This document shows, piece by piece, positions 29,245 through 45,064 of a stretch of 64,000 bases of DNA. A model generated the notes under the pieces. That model saw only the letters and a program-made list of their open reading frames with translations, ran no database searches and was not told where the DNA came from. The stretch spans positions 20,460,001-20,524,000 of the forward strand of contig OZ024750.1 of NCBI GenBank assembly GCA_964016885.1, read 5' to 3'. This DNA is from Eledone cirrhosa (taxonomy: Eukaryota). A program made the translations under genes and the position numbers. Position 1 is the first letter of the stretch, and the number at the start of each line of letters is the position of its first letter.

Positions 29245-30653
29245 GTATTTATGTGTGTTTCTGTGTTTTTATGTTCGAGTGCTTTCTATACTTTCGCATT
29301 GGTTTATCTCCAGCTTTGATGGATTACTAGATTCAGAATATAATTCAACCTACATTATCACAATATACCACAATATACTTATGTATGTAATTCCGTGGAC
29401 ATCTCGGTTCTTACCTGACATTAGATGGTAAACAACAGGTAGCCTGTAAGTGAAATACATATTGTTAAATGTAACAGAATTACAGTGTACACGGTTCGGG
29501 TTTCTGTGTTTTTCTGTAATAATGTTAATCCGCCTATATTTCTATTTCAATAGGAATGGTACCATGGCAAATAGGCTTGATTGGGCATAACATGTAAAGT
29601 AAAGAAACGCACACCTATATATTGTTAGGGACTTTAAGCTCTGTCGGAGCACAGACGATTTCTCCCTAAGGCAGAATGATTGAGCATGAGTGGAAGAGCC
29701 AATCTTAGTAGAGGACTGATACTTTACTTATCAAATTTGAAAGATTGAATCGTATAATTTACCTCGTCCAGATTTGAACTTAGAACAGTGAATCTAAAGA
29801 AATACCGATGTGCATATAACCTAACACACTATCGGAACAACCAATTCGCGGCCATTGGCATAAATAAGCATCTCGCAAGACAAGAATATAGATCTGCTTT
29901 TGAAGAGTATATATAATTCCAAAATGTTATTTAATCTTTATTTGCTCTGCTTACTCACATATAACGAAAGATCAAACCGAGGGTCCATCTCATGAAATAT
30001 AACGAATGAAAAAGCAATGTAATGATCACGCAAACATTTTCTGTAACTAACGATATAAAGTCTTTGAAATATTTCGTTAGAAATTTCCAGTAAGCATTTT
30101 TGCTATGCAGTTGGTATCGAAAAACCTCCATTGCTTGTAATAAAAAGATGAAAAGCATTAGACTCTGAAGAAAACCATACTTCCAGCTAAAAAAAAAAAT
30201 ACAACCATATATACCAAAGTGAGTAGAGAGAAGGATTTGCGTATTTGATTTATTGCACAATGATGAGATGAAATGGAAGGAAATGAAACATAAAGTTGCA
30301 ATAGACATACACTATAGTTCAGAAGATAGAACGAATATGAAATAAAGGAAATTTTATTTGAAAAGCCAACGCATTGGCAATTGTAATATTCCTATATTCT
30401 ACAGAATTTTTACAATTATGAAAAAAATGGAAAGGAATATTGGAGAGAATAGATAGATGTAGAAGAAATATGTTAGAGTTGCCCAGTGGCATACATCAAC
30501 TAAATAGAATTTATAGATTATATATTCTAAGAAAAGCTAGAGCCGCCGGCTAAATAGTGTACATATACAGAACGTTTGTCAATTATAAAACCTGAAATGT
30601 GTTAGAAATTTTAAATAGAAGAAGCTTATAAGTGCAGCTGCGAATATCAATTA

Positions 30654-30704
<51 letters not shown>

Positions 30705-32849
30705 GAGAGAGAAAGAGAGAATGAGAGAGAGAGTTGGAGAGAGACGGGGATGGAGAAGAAAAAGAGAAAGATAGTTTTGTTAAAATATCGTATTAAATGC
30801 CGTGGTATATATCCCGGTTTTCTTCATCCTGAATTCAACTCATCGATGATCGGCTTACCTCCTGCCATTGTCTATATATAACCAATAACCAGGGTCGGAG
30901 TTTTGACTGAATTGTTAAAACGTCGGAGGGCATTGCTTGCTGTACCTGAGACAATTCTTTTGTATGTTGAGTTTCAAATACCGCTTACATCAACCCGAAG
31001 TTAAACCGACAGATGGTATTAGTATATGAAAGACCAATGTGAACTAGATTTCCTCGATTTGGGCTCACACCTGGCTCGTTATATATATCATTCTAAAAAG
31101 TGCATTGAGCTAATGAGATTAACCATTCACAGATTAACATTAGTTAAAAACATTGAGAACAATCCGTCAGATCAAGAATACAATGTTTCCATTGGCTATT
31201 ACACATTTGAAACTTCCGGCGGTGGTATCATCCAGAAATAAAATACTTTGGTGACGTACACAATGTGCTGCTCTCTCTAGGAATTGAAGCCACAAACACA
31301 TTATACTGAATTCAACAAGGTTAACCACTAGTTCGCTAACTATAGGAGCATATATATATATATATATATATTATAGTTTCAATGATAGACGATAAACTGT
31401 GATATAAGATATTTTTATAGAATCTCATAAAGCAAATATTAATCGGTTGGAAAATACTGTTGATGCTTTTGACGTGATTCCTTCGTCGGAAGAGTGAAAC
31501 AGACATAGAAAAGAATTCGGATTAGAGTGGAAAATGTAAATATTATATCGACACACTCAAGTATTTTTCCAACTAATATTAAGAATCTTTAGCTAAACGC
31601 ATATAATATTATGTTATTTAGCAGCATACATTTTTATCATTTGTATACGGTCTGGAATATGATTAAACCAACCGTTATTAAAAATAACTCACTTCCTCGT
31701 TGTTAAGATATCAGAAAAGCGTAAGAAAAAATAAAGAAAATATAAAAAGATAGGAAGAAGAAGTATTCGTAGTTGATACTAAGGCAAACACGAACGAAAT
31801 AAAAAAGCCATCATCACATAATATATAACTTGAAAATTATATTAACACGTTGATTCATTTATGCGTTATCAGTAGTTACAAGAGAAATAAGATGATCTTA
31901 AAGAAGTTCTTTTCTAAAGAATCTCCATCGATTGGTTAAATATTACGAAAGCCCTCACATTGCTTAATACGTGAACTGCAGCAGAATGATGCCAGACATT
32001 CCCATAGAAGTAATTCTGGCTCGTTTTTTATTTGTCTTGTCACGAATTTTGGGACGTGATTTAGAAGGTCGAATATGATTCATATAATACAAAAGGTTAA
32101 CGATGCTTATTTTTGAGTAGGTGAATCCCATTATGATATGGGATACGTTCACCTTTGACCAACATCAATCCTCAGATATCTTCAAAGCAGATACTTTCGG
32201 TAATGTATTAAATTTCGGTGTATATGCAATTTAGTTAATGTTGTTTTTTTTTTCTGTCTGATCGACAGGAGAGTATTCGTTGAGAGAAAAATACTGCTTG
32301 CAGAAAAACTGTTCTATTTCTTGAAATAATTATTAACAAACCTTATGCATTTCAGCATGAAGCATATAATATTCGTTCCTCTATATCCTGTAGACTACCC
32401 GTGTCTAGATTTTCGGCAAGTAAGTGAGTTGTTTTTAGATGTGTGTTTGAGGAAAGGGGTTGAAGTTTTGTGCGGTATGCTTATGTGTAAAGCAACACAC
32501 TCGCGTACGCGGGCACATGTATACATAAGGTGTCAGTTGGTTGGATCTAATGTGAATTGCATGTGTTGTCTGGTTAACTCTAGAGATGATTGAGGCTTGT
32601 GTGTAAAAGCTCGCATACACATATACATGCGTGCACATAATTGAAATATATTTACGATCATTTGCCTTATGGGATGTCAGTGTGCAACATTTCGCGCTTC
32701 CAGCATGAATAGCTCAGTCATTTCTCCAGGGTGTCTGGCGAGTGTAGTTTCTTCATACACAGTGGTGTTGTGACTGCTATCTGGTGGATTTGGGGTTGTT
32801 TGGTCCTAACATATTTCAATTTCTTTCTTTTGCGTTGTACAGAAAGTAA

Positions 32850-33115
32850 AGGAGTGTTTTGCACTGTTCGGTCAGGGTTTGCATTATTCGCTTCTGGTCT
32901 TTAGGCAGACGTCAGAGTCTAAATATTTTTTTTATATTCGCCAAAATTCTACACTGGCAAGCCCTTATTTTGTGATTCCACTGATATAGTGTGGGCAACG
33001 TTCCACTAAATACCAGTTGACCTTGCATTATACAGAGCCTTTTTTCAATTTCCAAGCGAGTTTTGTTGTATTTTCTTTTCTGTTGGTAAATACCCGGTGT
33101 TCTAAGCTTATAACG
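32850..33115 (-). pseudogene. Penelope-like element C-terminal relic
   Basis: Reverse complement reads EHRVFTNRKENTTKLAWKLKKGSV*CKVNWYLVERCPHYISGITK...LKTRSE*CKP*PNSAKH, matching the W.LK...W...Y...LN.RSE pattern of PLE GIY-YIG C-termini. Confidence 0.6.
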
Positions 33116-34274
33116 TTTATGGACTGCCGTACAGTAAATTCAATATATATGAATTTTATATAGAATCATCTGTCATTCAGTTTTCTCAGATTTTATATTC
33201 GTTATTACTTTAAATCTGCGGAGATATCTAGGAAGTTTATACACACACTAACGCACATCTATAAATATATTCATATATATGTGTGTCCGTGTGTATGGGA
33301 TTGTCTGCTTAGAATACCTAATAGGCACTAACTGTTTTAAATCAATGTTATTCATCAGTGTTATTTATCAATGTTATTTATCAGTATAAAGCATCTACAC
33401 TAAAATTACTAATCCATTCACACCGAGATCTTATTCACATTTATATACATTTCATTTGTGATTTAAATAAATGTAGTGCTATATATAGGTCCAATATTAA
33501 CTTATGTAAAACTTATGCAGTAGGTACAAGTTTATCTGGTTTATGTTTAACCCTCTCTCTAGAAGTAACTACTTCTAAATATAAAATTATCTAATAAAAG
33601 GATCAAACACCGACCATATTCTTCCTTTTTTCATAGCATATTTGACACTACGTATCACATTCCCCTACGTTTATTCCTTGTGTGCAAACATTCTTTAAAC
33701 TTTATATAAGTATACATATTATAATATTCCCAGTGTATAAATTCTTATATTCTAAGTTACAAATCATATTCTCTAATATAAGTTGGGCTATATTATTTAT
33801 TACCTTAACATCTAATTTATAGCAGACACGGATATTTATACTTTTCAACGCAATTTTGATATATATGATAATTATAATTTTAGATATTTACGAAGGGTTA
33901 TTTCCTTTCTGTTATGTCAGCAAAATAAACATATAAATATGCTTCCTGTGGTGTTTAATACAAGTATCTGTTTTCCTCAATATCAATTATATTTCCCGTC
34001 ATTTCATACACACACATGTGCACATACTCACACACTCGCTCGCACACTCACATATCTATATATAAGATGTAGGTGTTAAGTTAAACGCCTCTATCTAGAT
34101 ATTTTACCTACCTTATATTGAACGGTATAGTGTAGTAAATTTCTGTTCATCTAATTGGCATTTATACCCCTGCAATTAATGAAACACATGTAAAAAAAAT
34201 GAAAGAAGTAATCACACATGTATCCTACGTTAAACAAAATACACATGCACGCACACACATATGCACACAAACAA

Positions 34275-34313
<39 letters not shown>

Positions 34314-34462
34314 GAGAGAGAGAGGGGGAGAGAGAGAGAGATACGTTAAATAGCGTGACAAATTGAAGATTGTGGTTAGGGGACATAGCCACAGAAGCTG
34401 CCACAACAACGAAATTACAATCAGGTTCAATAACAAACATGTTAAACACCTTATAGTTATGC

Positions 34463-34517
<55 letters not shown>

Positions 34518-34711
34518 GTTATGTTCTAGAGCCTGGTGAAAGGTCAGTTTTGAAACTGCTCCCCCACTATAGGGAAGTGTCATTTGTATGACATATTAAA
34601 TAAACTAAATAAGCTCTCTTGCAATATATTGACCATCTTTTTCCTTGAACTTTTATCTAAGTGTATCCGGCATAGATATATACTTACATACACACATACA
34701 CACATATCCAT

Positions 34712-34768
<57 letters not shown>

Positions 34769-35320
34769 CGTGTGTGTGTTTGTGCGTGTGTATGTGTGTT
34801 AGTGTGGAGACTTGTGTGTGTGTTTAAGTATGGGAAAAATGTTGAGGCAGTGATATATATTTATGGAGAAGAGCAAACGTCTTTTGCACAATGATGAATG
34901 TGCGCAAAGATATTTGCATCAAAGTAATATATTTATATAATGTCGCAAAATATTTTATATATTTTGATGTTCTGTGTCTTCCAGGGATCATACTCTCATA
35001 GTATTCTCCTCGGCAAGCGATATCCAACGACGCTTTATAACGTAAGGGACAATAAATATGCATTCAGTATGTATGAATTCGATTATGTATGTTGTACGTA
35101 TCTAATGGCTAACGTTAACAACTATATAACTAGCAGCCGTCTTATAAATTCTTCAAACGAGTATGCTGCTTGTTTATATAAATGCAGTGAATTATAATTC
35201 CTGCTGGTTGAGTATGTGAGGATTCTTACAAAGAGATAAAGACACTTACCTCTGGGCATTTTTATATAAATGTAATAGTAATGATGTTAGTTGTATATAT
35301 AAACGCACGCACACACATAT

Positions 35321-35367
<47 letters not shown>

Positions 35368-36241
35368 TATATATATATTATAAAAATAGAGGTGTGACAT
35401 ATATATATATGTGTGTGTTTATGTGTGTGTGTGTATGTGTGTATGTATGTGTGCATGCATGCGTGTTTATGTATGCACGTATTAATTTATATATGTATAT
35501 GTGAATGTTTGTATATTTGTCGCCTTGCGAATACGGATTCTCACTAGTAGCCATGTTTCTATTCGTTTGTCAGCATTTATGTATTTACGTTTTGCTTTTC
35601 AGACCCACACACGTTTTTTGCTCTTTAGACACGCAAATACACAAACACACACACTCACACAAGCATATAAATTCACACCATGCAGCGATATTTGTCTTAC
35701 AAGCATGCTTTAGATGGTTTTTCTTTTATAACTGCAGTTATATTACTGAGTTAGAAGTTAAAACCTAGACTTTGTTTTGTGGTTTATATTCCACTGCTCA
35801 GCATTAATATTTATCACTGAAGAAATTGTATCTGCTCATATATGTCATAGTATTTGTGGCAATGGGTTTATTTCAGTCTTGATAATCGACACCGTGTCGC
35901 TGGAATGAATCTCTACAATGCAGACTGACAATGATTTGTGGCAAACTATGACCAAGTTAGTATAACGGAATGAAGTACTAGTCTTTTCTGGGTTAGATAT
36001 TATGTGGAGATTAAAACTGGTGCCTATGTAATATTGCCACGGAATTCATCGATTTACGAAGTGAGAAGTATTTGATGAATTAATATCTGGTGTCTAAACC
36101 ATAATGATTCGGATGAGATATATTACAGAAATATTCCGTGAATTGAAAGAATTATTAAATAGATAAATATGACTGCATATTAAGCAGTGCAGAGTTGGTA
36201 ACCAACATATATTAATATGAAACAAGCAAACATATATATAA

Positions 36242-36279
<38 letters not shown>

Positions 36280-36284
<5 letters not shown>

Positions 36285-36393
36285 AATAAATCCGAAGACT
36301 AAAATCCAAAGAGTCCAAAGAGGGCTCGATAAGGTTAAGAAGATCCCGTTAAGGATGAAAGCAGCGATTCGGTGCTTAAACTTAAATCTGTTA

Positions 36394-36400
<7 letters not shown>
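36280..36400. mobile_element. Family O copy 3 with internal inversion
   Basis: AATAAATCCGAAGACTAAAATCCAAAGAG..GGGCTCGATAAGG joined to AGAAGATCCCGTTAAGGATGAAAGCAGCGATTC..., which is the reverse complement of 7455-7518. Confidence 0.7.
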
Positions 36401-36434
<34 letters not shown>

Positions 36435-39400
36435 TTACGGGTGTGTGTGTGTATATATATATATATATTCACGATTTTCATCATAGAAACATTGTGCATG
36501 AATTTGGCACTCAAATATTTGTAACTTGAAATGCGGTGATATTTGTTTGCATACACTGTAATAATTTCCAACGCTCCTTTTATTATTGCATGTGTTTAAT
36601 CCCTATATTTCAGCCATCTTAGTTTCCTGATGTATATCTTTGGATGCTCACATGTTTGTTTTTATTCTGTTAGATATAACTTCTAAGACGCTGTGCATTC
36701 CTGTTATTTGTTTCTATCCCTGTAGATATTTATGGCATGTAAAGTAACACTACATATGTGTATATGTTAAATATATCATGTGGTTTGTAATTTTATTATT
36801 TTCTATTGCTTTCCGATGTTTATATTGTTTGTAACGTGAGAGATACTTCGTGTCATATTATTACTTGCCACGATCATCATTCAAGTGTTTGCCTACTTGT
36901 ATTTACAATTTCGTCTATATCGATCCATTATCTGTCTCCATTCTTTCCAAACGTGCCCACTTATCTTCCCACAAGCCTTTCATTTGTATTTTCGCTTTAG
37001 CTAGTTATTTTTGTTAAAACTATTTTGGAGTATTGTCTTCTTATTTATTTTTGGGAAAAATGTTAGTTGATCATAGCGATGGATTGTTGGCATTTTACTG
37101 AGAATATCTGCGGTGTTGGACTCAAAATCGCATGCGTTCAACCTTCAGAGATTGATGTGCGTTGTGTCCTTGTGTGCTTGAACACGGTGCTCAAGTTCGT
37201 TGAAATATATTGAAAGTGCTATGAGCACATTAATGTGTTGAAATTTAAATTATCGAACAAGTTGGGCATACATCTGTAGACGGTGAAAATGGACAAAGTC
37301 ACTCATGGGAATTTGTTCACTTCTATCTGTTTCTAGTTATTTATATATCCATGTCTTGGGCATTTTATATTTAAACCTGTGTTGTAGTAGCTTAACATAG
37401 CTAACACGCTTTCAAATTTAAAATTTGCTTCACGCTTCGAGAAACAATTTAGTCTTTCTTTTTTATTAAATTGTTTTACTTTAAATGCTTTCAAGAATAT
37501 TGTTTTGTTCAAATATTAGCTAAAATGAAACGTCACATACATCTGAGAATACGTGCCTTCTTACTAAATACATGTTTTTATATTCTGGAAAATCAGATAT
37601 GTTTTCATTTATGATATTTCCTGGTAAAACAAACATTAACTATCGCAGGCTTGTGTATTTATTTGTTTATCATACAGCTTCATTTATCTACTCTTTGCGA
37701 GGGAGAAAGTGTTGTTTGAAGAAGTCAGCATTTCTGCTTTACATTTATATCTACTTACGTTAACATATAAGTAGAGCATGAATCCATGTTTTTTTTTTAA
37801 GGAATTTCGTTCGCTTTCAGAAGATCCGTTTCGAATTTAACATCTTCATGACAGTCTTGGGGATTGTTCTCATAACAGAAATCTATCAAGCTGCCTATAA
37901 AAAACATGATGAGACATAACCAACAAATCTAAAGGAATATATCTCAGTTCAACATATATTTTGTTAACGAAAATAATATGCATTGAAATTTACACGTGTC
38001 TCAACATGACTCTTGCCTTTTCATTCCGATAGCATAGAAGTCCGGTGTCTTGAAAGCAAATTTGTTCTGAACCTCATCTGAAAGAGGTGGACACTTTCGT
38101 TATTTAGTTCGCATAGATAGAGTTTCAAAGCTCTGTCATTGCAATTTCTGCCTTGTAATATGAGTGACATGTGGTCAGGTATATCATGGTAAAGTATTAA
38201 CTATTTCATATTCAACAATACTAGATGTAACCTGTACAGTGCCTGACGCATTGCATATATCACCTGAAAATACATCTCATTCTGATGTTCTCCTTAAGGT
38301 CCAAGAATAGCAGTGGGTGATGCTATTTAAGGATTACATCAAGCAGTGGGCACACCAATTTGCCGACCTATAAACAGTGAACATAACCAGTTTTCTAAAG
38401 TATATGTTCCAAAGTAATTGTATATTAAAGAAATAACAGCTGAAAAAGGACAGAAGCGTGCAAATTGTAAACAATGGTACATTCAATAAAGCTTAGAAAA
38501 TATCTTGACCCGGAATGGCAGAGGGTAGTTTAAACCCAATTTCAATTGAATACCGAATAGGATAAAAATACTAGAAATTATTTGTTTCAATCACGGAACC
38601 ATTGTATATTCATTTAACATAGCAGAAATGAAATATATATGTTGTGTAATGTTTATATCTATAGAGATATGACATCTTATCATTAAGTTCGTTATTTATG
38701 ATTTTATGCAATAGTGGCAGTAACATAATTATTATCAAATAAATGAAAATAAATATTCTACGTAAACTATTTATGTTGTCGAATTATTTTTCTTTCATTA
38801 TTATTTAGCTAATTACGTTGATGGATATGCTTTACTTAAGAAATAATACTGAGACAGACGTATGTCAGGAGATTCCTCTTCTGTTACTCAAATACTATAA
38901 TATATTAAACTATAAGCCAATGCTTAGCTTTGTTTGTGTTTTGTTTTCCTTCGGCACATACGTTTTCCTTGTTGATTTCTGATACCCTATCAAATAAACA
39001 AAAATGTGGATTTGGCAGTCATAATGGTATCGGATAGAATTATTTGCCGCTCTGATTTCTAGTACCACCGAACTCTACTTTGTTTTTCATCCTTCTGATA
39101 TTGATAAATAAAATATTAGCCCAGTACATTGCATGATTTATCCTCCAGCACACTCTATTCATATATATTTCTGTGGAAAAGATCGGCTGTATACAGTCCT
39201 GGAGAGCTATGGACTTCTCCAGTTTGAATGTGTAAATCATTGCAAATATAACAACAGCACCTATTTGACTGGCTAAAAGCCTTACTAAAACGTGATGTCT
39301 TAATATCTAACATTGCAGTCTCGCAACGAATTATAGCAAAATAATTCCATCTCTATATTCATAAAGAGAAATTTGCTCTCCAGTGGGTACCAATGATTCT

Positions 39401-39792
39401 ATTAAATATATATATGATAAAATTGAAGCACATATATTTGTTATACATTTTCTAGTTCCACACTTATGTATAGGGGTATGCATTTATAGTATGTATGCAT
39501 GTATGCATGCACATATCTATAATTAAATATAACGTAATACTATAATTACGAATAGCATTTGTAGCAAGAGTTTTCTGAGCATTATTATATAGTGAATTAT
39601 GCACTCAGGAATGTCGGGATTAATTTATTTTATTTTCGGTGCAATTGTTATCATTAAAACATTCTAATAACTATGTGCACATATAACATGTAATACGTTT
39701 TCTGATATAATATATAGCTTGGATATTTCCATTGACAGATTGTGCACGTGCTGTATCGATCAAAATTCCATTCCTGATTTCAATATATATGA

Positions 39793-39832
<40 letters not shown>

Positions 39833-39883
39833 GTATATATATATATATGTGTATATATATATATATGTGTATATATATATATG

Positions 39884-39987
<104 letters not shown>

Positions 39988-41577
39988 CATATGTGGGCGT
40001 GTGGGTGTTAGTACGTGTGTATGTGTATGTGTGTATGTGTATGTGGGTGTGTATGTCTGTGTGTCTCTGTGTGCCTGTGTGCAATGGTCTGCAGAGCTAA
40101 ATTATAAAATAAAATCGGATATGTTCCTGCAACTAGTATTAAACAACGTTAGTCAAAATCTGAGATACATATAATTGAATGTTAGAATAAAAGAAAGAAA
40201 AATAGGAAAGTTAAAGCAAAAGAAATGATGTTGAGATGTGGAATAGGAGAGAGTCTTGAAATGATTTATGAAATAATCGAACTCTCCGAAAAGGAATAAA
40301 GAATAGAAAGAATCAAAAATAGAAAAGGAGGAGAGGTTTCTAGAAATAGAAGAAAAAAATATCTTCTAATCAGCCATACCCACATGTAAATAATCGTATA
40401 TGGGGCTCTGCGCTTACGCAAAGCCAAAACACTCCTTCGGTTTTGTTCGCTACTCTTTCAAGCTAATATTAATGATGAAGTAACTCCAAAAGCCAAAACC
40501 CTTTACAATTGAGTTAATGAAACTAAGATCTCTCATCCGCTGTTCTACTCCCACAAAATACATCCAATCAAATTATAAATTATAGCCTTGGCCTTAAGGA
40601 TACAATCACATACTGCCGGAAGTATTCTCAATGTCAATCCAATCCCCTTTGTATATTGTCATTACCCTTTACTGACATGCATTATGTATTATTCCTATTG
40701 TTTAATATTTATTCATTTTTTTCATTATTTTTGTTTTCTTCTGTTTTTTAGTCACATTTTGTTTTCTATGCTCACTCTCATACTCTCTGGCACTCCTTCA
40801 ATTGCACCCTTTCCTATCATTCCTATAGCATTCAGACATTTTATATATATTTTTTCGCTTACTGGTTTAATATAATGTTGTCCTTCTTTTCTTCCATACA
40901 CGTTCATTCTAACTCCATTTCTCTCTTATCTTACTGATTCAAATGTCATTTATCACCTCAGTTCTCTAACTGAATGTATATTCAATGTCATTCTATCCTT
41001 TTCCTTGTTTGATATATAACTCTTTGCTTTCTTATAGTAGTTCACTATAATAAGATACACTTGTTTCTAATATATTGTATATTTCCACAAATACGAGCAC
41101 GCCTATATACGTACCAACTCTATCTTGGTTAAAACAACCAAGACTTCGCATAATTTGTCAAACAAATCCTGAAATCAGAGCGTCATATTCATCAGCAGCA
41201 ATGCACTTGGGCATTTCAATATTATGACCACTTGTGTAGGTACTTTAATTATTTTATCATTCGTATACCAATCTTTGTAAAGTTCAATACAAACGTAATA
41301 TTTGTTGCCGAATTGATGTACGTCCTGCCTTGAGACGGGTTTATAAAACTGACCAGACCATCACTCTACATATCTGAATACATTGAGCGGGGATCTTTAC
41401 AAATCTATAAAGGAGGAATCTACTCCAGTAGTGGATAGGTACTTCATTTATCGACTTGAAAAGAATTGAAGCTAAAATTGACTTTGGCGTAACCTGAACT
41501 GAATTCGCAGGATTCTATCCCAAATTACAATTTTGAGGGTTAAAGTTAAAATATCAGTTCTAATTTTGTTGCATATA

Positions 41578-41620
<43 letters not shown>

Positions 41621-41652
41621 GTGTGTATGTATATATGTATATATATATGTAC

Positions 41653-41696
<44 letters not shown>

Positions 41697-41728
41697 TTTT
41701 ATAAATATAGTTTCCATTTATCTAATAT

Positions 41729-41770
<42 letters not shown>

Positions 41771-41776
<6 letters not shown>

Positions 41777-43562
41777 ATATTAGATAAATGGAAACTATAT
41801 TTATAAAACCATATATATTTTATTATATATATATGTCAAGGGTAACAAGACACATTGGTACACTTTCCTCAGATAAAATAAAAAGTTTGTTTTATAAATA
41901 GAGACATACCCATGAAAATCATACATTATCGGTTGAACATTCACTAGATAGTGGAAATATATTAGGGATTTATCAAACTTATGTGTGAATATGCAAATGA
42001 ATATGTAAATAATTGAAAAACAACCGTTTATTTAAACAACTATGGAGTGAGAGAGAGAGAGAAGAGATAAGAGGAGAAGGATAAAATAGTGCGAGAGAGA
42101 GAGAAGAAAGAAACAAGAGAAGATGAATAAAAACTCAGATAACGTTAACTTGAGGGAAATATATTCTAAGTATATATTTTAATAGTACGTGTATTTAGGA
42201 TCATTAGTTGTTTAACATTTGTTTATAATATAATATTTTTCCTCTGTTATAAGTAGATAACTAAATAAATATATAAATAAATAAATAAATAAATAAATAG
42301 ATGGGTATATTATGTTATAGATAATTGTTCTACTGAGTTATGAGGAATATTGGTTTTGTATTTAATGTAAATAAATATTAAGTTAAATTAAATTAAATTA
42401 AATGTGTTAATAAGAATATTTATATTTATATGTTTAAAATGGGAAGATATGGAAAAAAACTCCGGTTTAATTTATTTATTGGTTAGTGTGGGACTATTTA
42501 GTCAAAATAAGTATAGATGTTGAAAGATACATTTAGCCAGAATCAGTTAGTTGTTATAAATCTATTGAAAAATATTGAAAAATATTGAAAAATATTGATA
42601 AAGTATTGAAAAAATATTGTAAAAGTATTTTAAATATATTGAAAAATTTGAGAAATTTTTTTTAAAAAATAATTTAAAAGAGATAGGTAATGTTTAAAGA
42701 AATAAAAATTTAAGAGATAAAAATAAAGAAATAAAAATTATTAAAATTAAAATTAAAATTTTAAAAAAGATTAGAATTATATACGTATATACATTATGAA
42801 ACTTTAAGAAGTGGTATTACAGCAAATGTTATATATATTATGATTTAGAGATATCAATATACTAAACCAGGTGTATCAGATTGTTATGGAAATAAGTAGA
42901 AATATTATAAGTATAATTAAAAGTTATATATAGTTCTGAATGTTGAAATCTGGCGATGTCTACAAGAATTAAATAAATTCGTTCTTAGATTATTAGAGTT
43001 TTTCCGTTTAAGTATGTAAAAAATTTCCTCAATACAATATTTATTTATTTATTTATTTATGTATTTATTTATTTATTTTTCTACTTATAACAGAAGAAAA
43101 ATATTATATTATAAACAAATTTTAAATAACTAATAATCCTAAATACACGTACTATTAAAATATATACTTAGAATATATTTCCCTCAAGTTAACGTTATAT
43201 GAGTTTGTATTCATCTTCTCTTGTTTCTTTCTTATCTCTCTCTCGCACTATTTTATCCTTCTCCTCTTATCTCTTATCTCTTCTCTCTCTCTCCATACTC
43301 GTTTAAATAAACCGTTGTTTTTCAATTATTTACATATTCATTTGCATATTCAAACATAAGTTGAAAAATCCGTAATATATTTCCACTATCCAGTGAATTT
43401 CCAACCGATAATGTATGATTTTCATGAGTATGTCTCTAATTATAAAACAAACTTTGTATTTTATCTGATGAAAGCGTACAATGTGTTTTGGTACCATTGA
43501 AATATATATAATAAAATAAATATGGTTTTATAAATATAGTTTCCATTTATTTAATATCATTG
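41771..43562. mobile_element. Large fold-back element: about 525-bp inverted arms around an about 740-bp AT-rich spacer
   Basis: 41771-42299 is the reverse complement of 43038-43562 with scattered substitutions. An extra terminal inverted piece sits at 41692-41733 across a (TA)n tract. Confidence 0.9.
43457..43518 (+). ncRNA. Type I hammerhead ribozyme
   Basis: TATTTTAT-CTGATGA(43465-71)-AAgcGTAC..GTACcaTT-GAAA(43499-502)-tatata-TA-ATAAAATA, with an 8-bp stem I. The mirror copy near 41818-41880 has CTGAGGA but GACA. Confidence 0.78.
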
Positions 43563-43652
43563 AATATTTACTCCAGTAACTTGTTGGGTGCTGTCAATCA
43601 GTTATAAACATTTATATTTGTCGGACTTCCAACAAATTAAATACCCCTTCTA

Positions 43653-43715
<63 letters not shown>

Positions 43716-43807
43716 GTGTGTGTGTGTATGTGTGTGTGTGTGAGAGTGTGTGTGTGTGTGTGTGTGTGTGTTTGTGTGGGGGGAGTAGTGTATGTGTGTG
43801 TGTGTGT

Positions 43808-43935
43808 AAAAGGTAAACAGAAATAACAACACAATCGTGCAGTATATGGAATTTATATATAATAGGTTAACGCTTGATATAGCAGGAAGAGGGTATTAAC
43901 GTTTCGGACGCTAGTCCCTCATCAGAAGAAAAAAT
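43808..43935 (-). mobile_element. Family Q element with hammerhead-like core
   Basis: Minus strand CTT-CTGATGA-gGGAC tagc GTCC-GAAACGTT-AATACCC. The tail is homologous to 21290-21372 (GGTAAACAGAAATAACAACACAATC...TAACGCTTGATAT). Confidence 0.6.
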
Positions 43936-44085
43936 GAGAAATAGGATAGAATTAGAGGACGGGCGGGATGGAATTGGAAAATATGTCATTAGATAAAAAT
44001 AACATGTCCATTCATGTTGAGAGGTGCCAATATTGAAACGCACGGTTCATAAGTAACATATATATATATATATATATACACACAA

Positions 44086-44119
<34 letters not shown>

Positions 44120-44139
44120 TTATATATATATATAAATTA

Positions 44140-44207
<68 letters not shown>

Positions 44208-44325
44208 GGAGGTGAGTTTTATTGTAGTACAATAAAGCAATGCAGATATCGGATAAGAAGCACTCTACAGTTTAAAATGCGCATAATAAAATACATGGAA
44301 CTCATTTAACCATCTTTTGATCTTA

Positions 44326-44600
44326 TCATCATCATCATCATCATCACCGTTTTACGTCCGTTCTTCCACGCTAGCATGGGTTAGACGGGTTGTCCTGTTG
44401 TGGGCAGTGTCTGGTCGGCTGACCATGCCTTGCTCATACAGGAACTGATCTGGCTTGATTTCTACAGCTGGATGCCCTTCCTAACACCAACCTCATTTAC
44501 AGTGAGTGCTGGGTGCTTTTTCGTGGCGCCTACACGTCCACTTTACAGTGTGGGCTGGGTGCTTTTTTGCCGTGGCACCTCCACGACCACCTTGCGGTGG
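44326..44600 (-). mobile_element. SINE-like repeat with (ATG)n tail
   Basis: (CAT)n followed by CGTTTTACGTCCG..CATGGGTTAGACGG...CTACAGCTGGATGCCCTTCCTAACACCAACC. Confidence 0.55.
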
Positions 44601-44745
44601 GGGGGGGGGGCATATTGTTTATATGCTTCAGCATGTACCCATGGGAGGTCGGGTACCCTGTATTACTGCGTGACGCCAGAAGTCACGGTCGTGTGTCATT
44701 GACTTTGAGAGGTGTAGTTGGGTAAGGTCGGCTTTTATCACCATA

Positions 44746-44851
<106 letters not shown>

Positions 44852-44948
44852 CGTGGGGGGGGGGGATTGCGTGTATGGGTGGGTGCATGTGTGTCTGTAT
44901 GTACGTGTTTGTGATACACCGCATGCATATATATATATATATACATAC

Positions 44949-45064
<116 letters not shown>

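Noticed and set aside
31455-31500. Hammerhead-like remnant on the minus strand near (TA)n
   Set aside because: Both core boxes are mutated (CCGACGA, AAAA) and stem II is poor.
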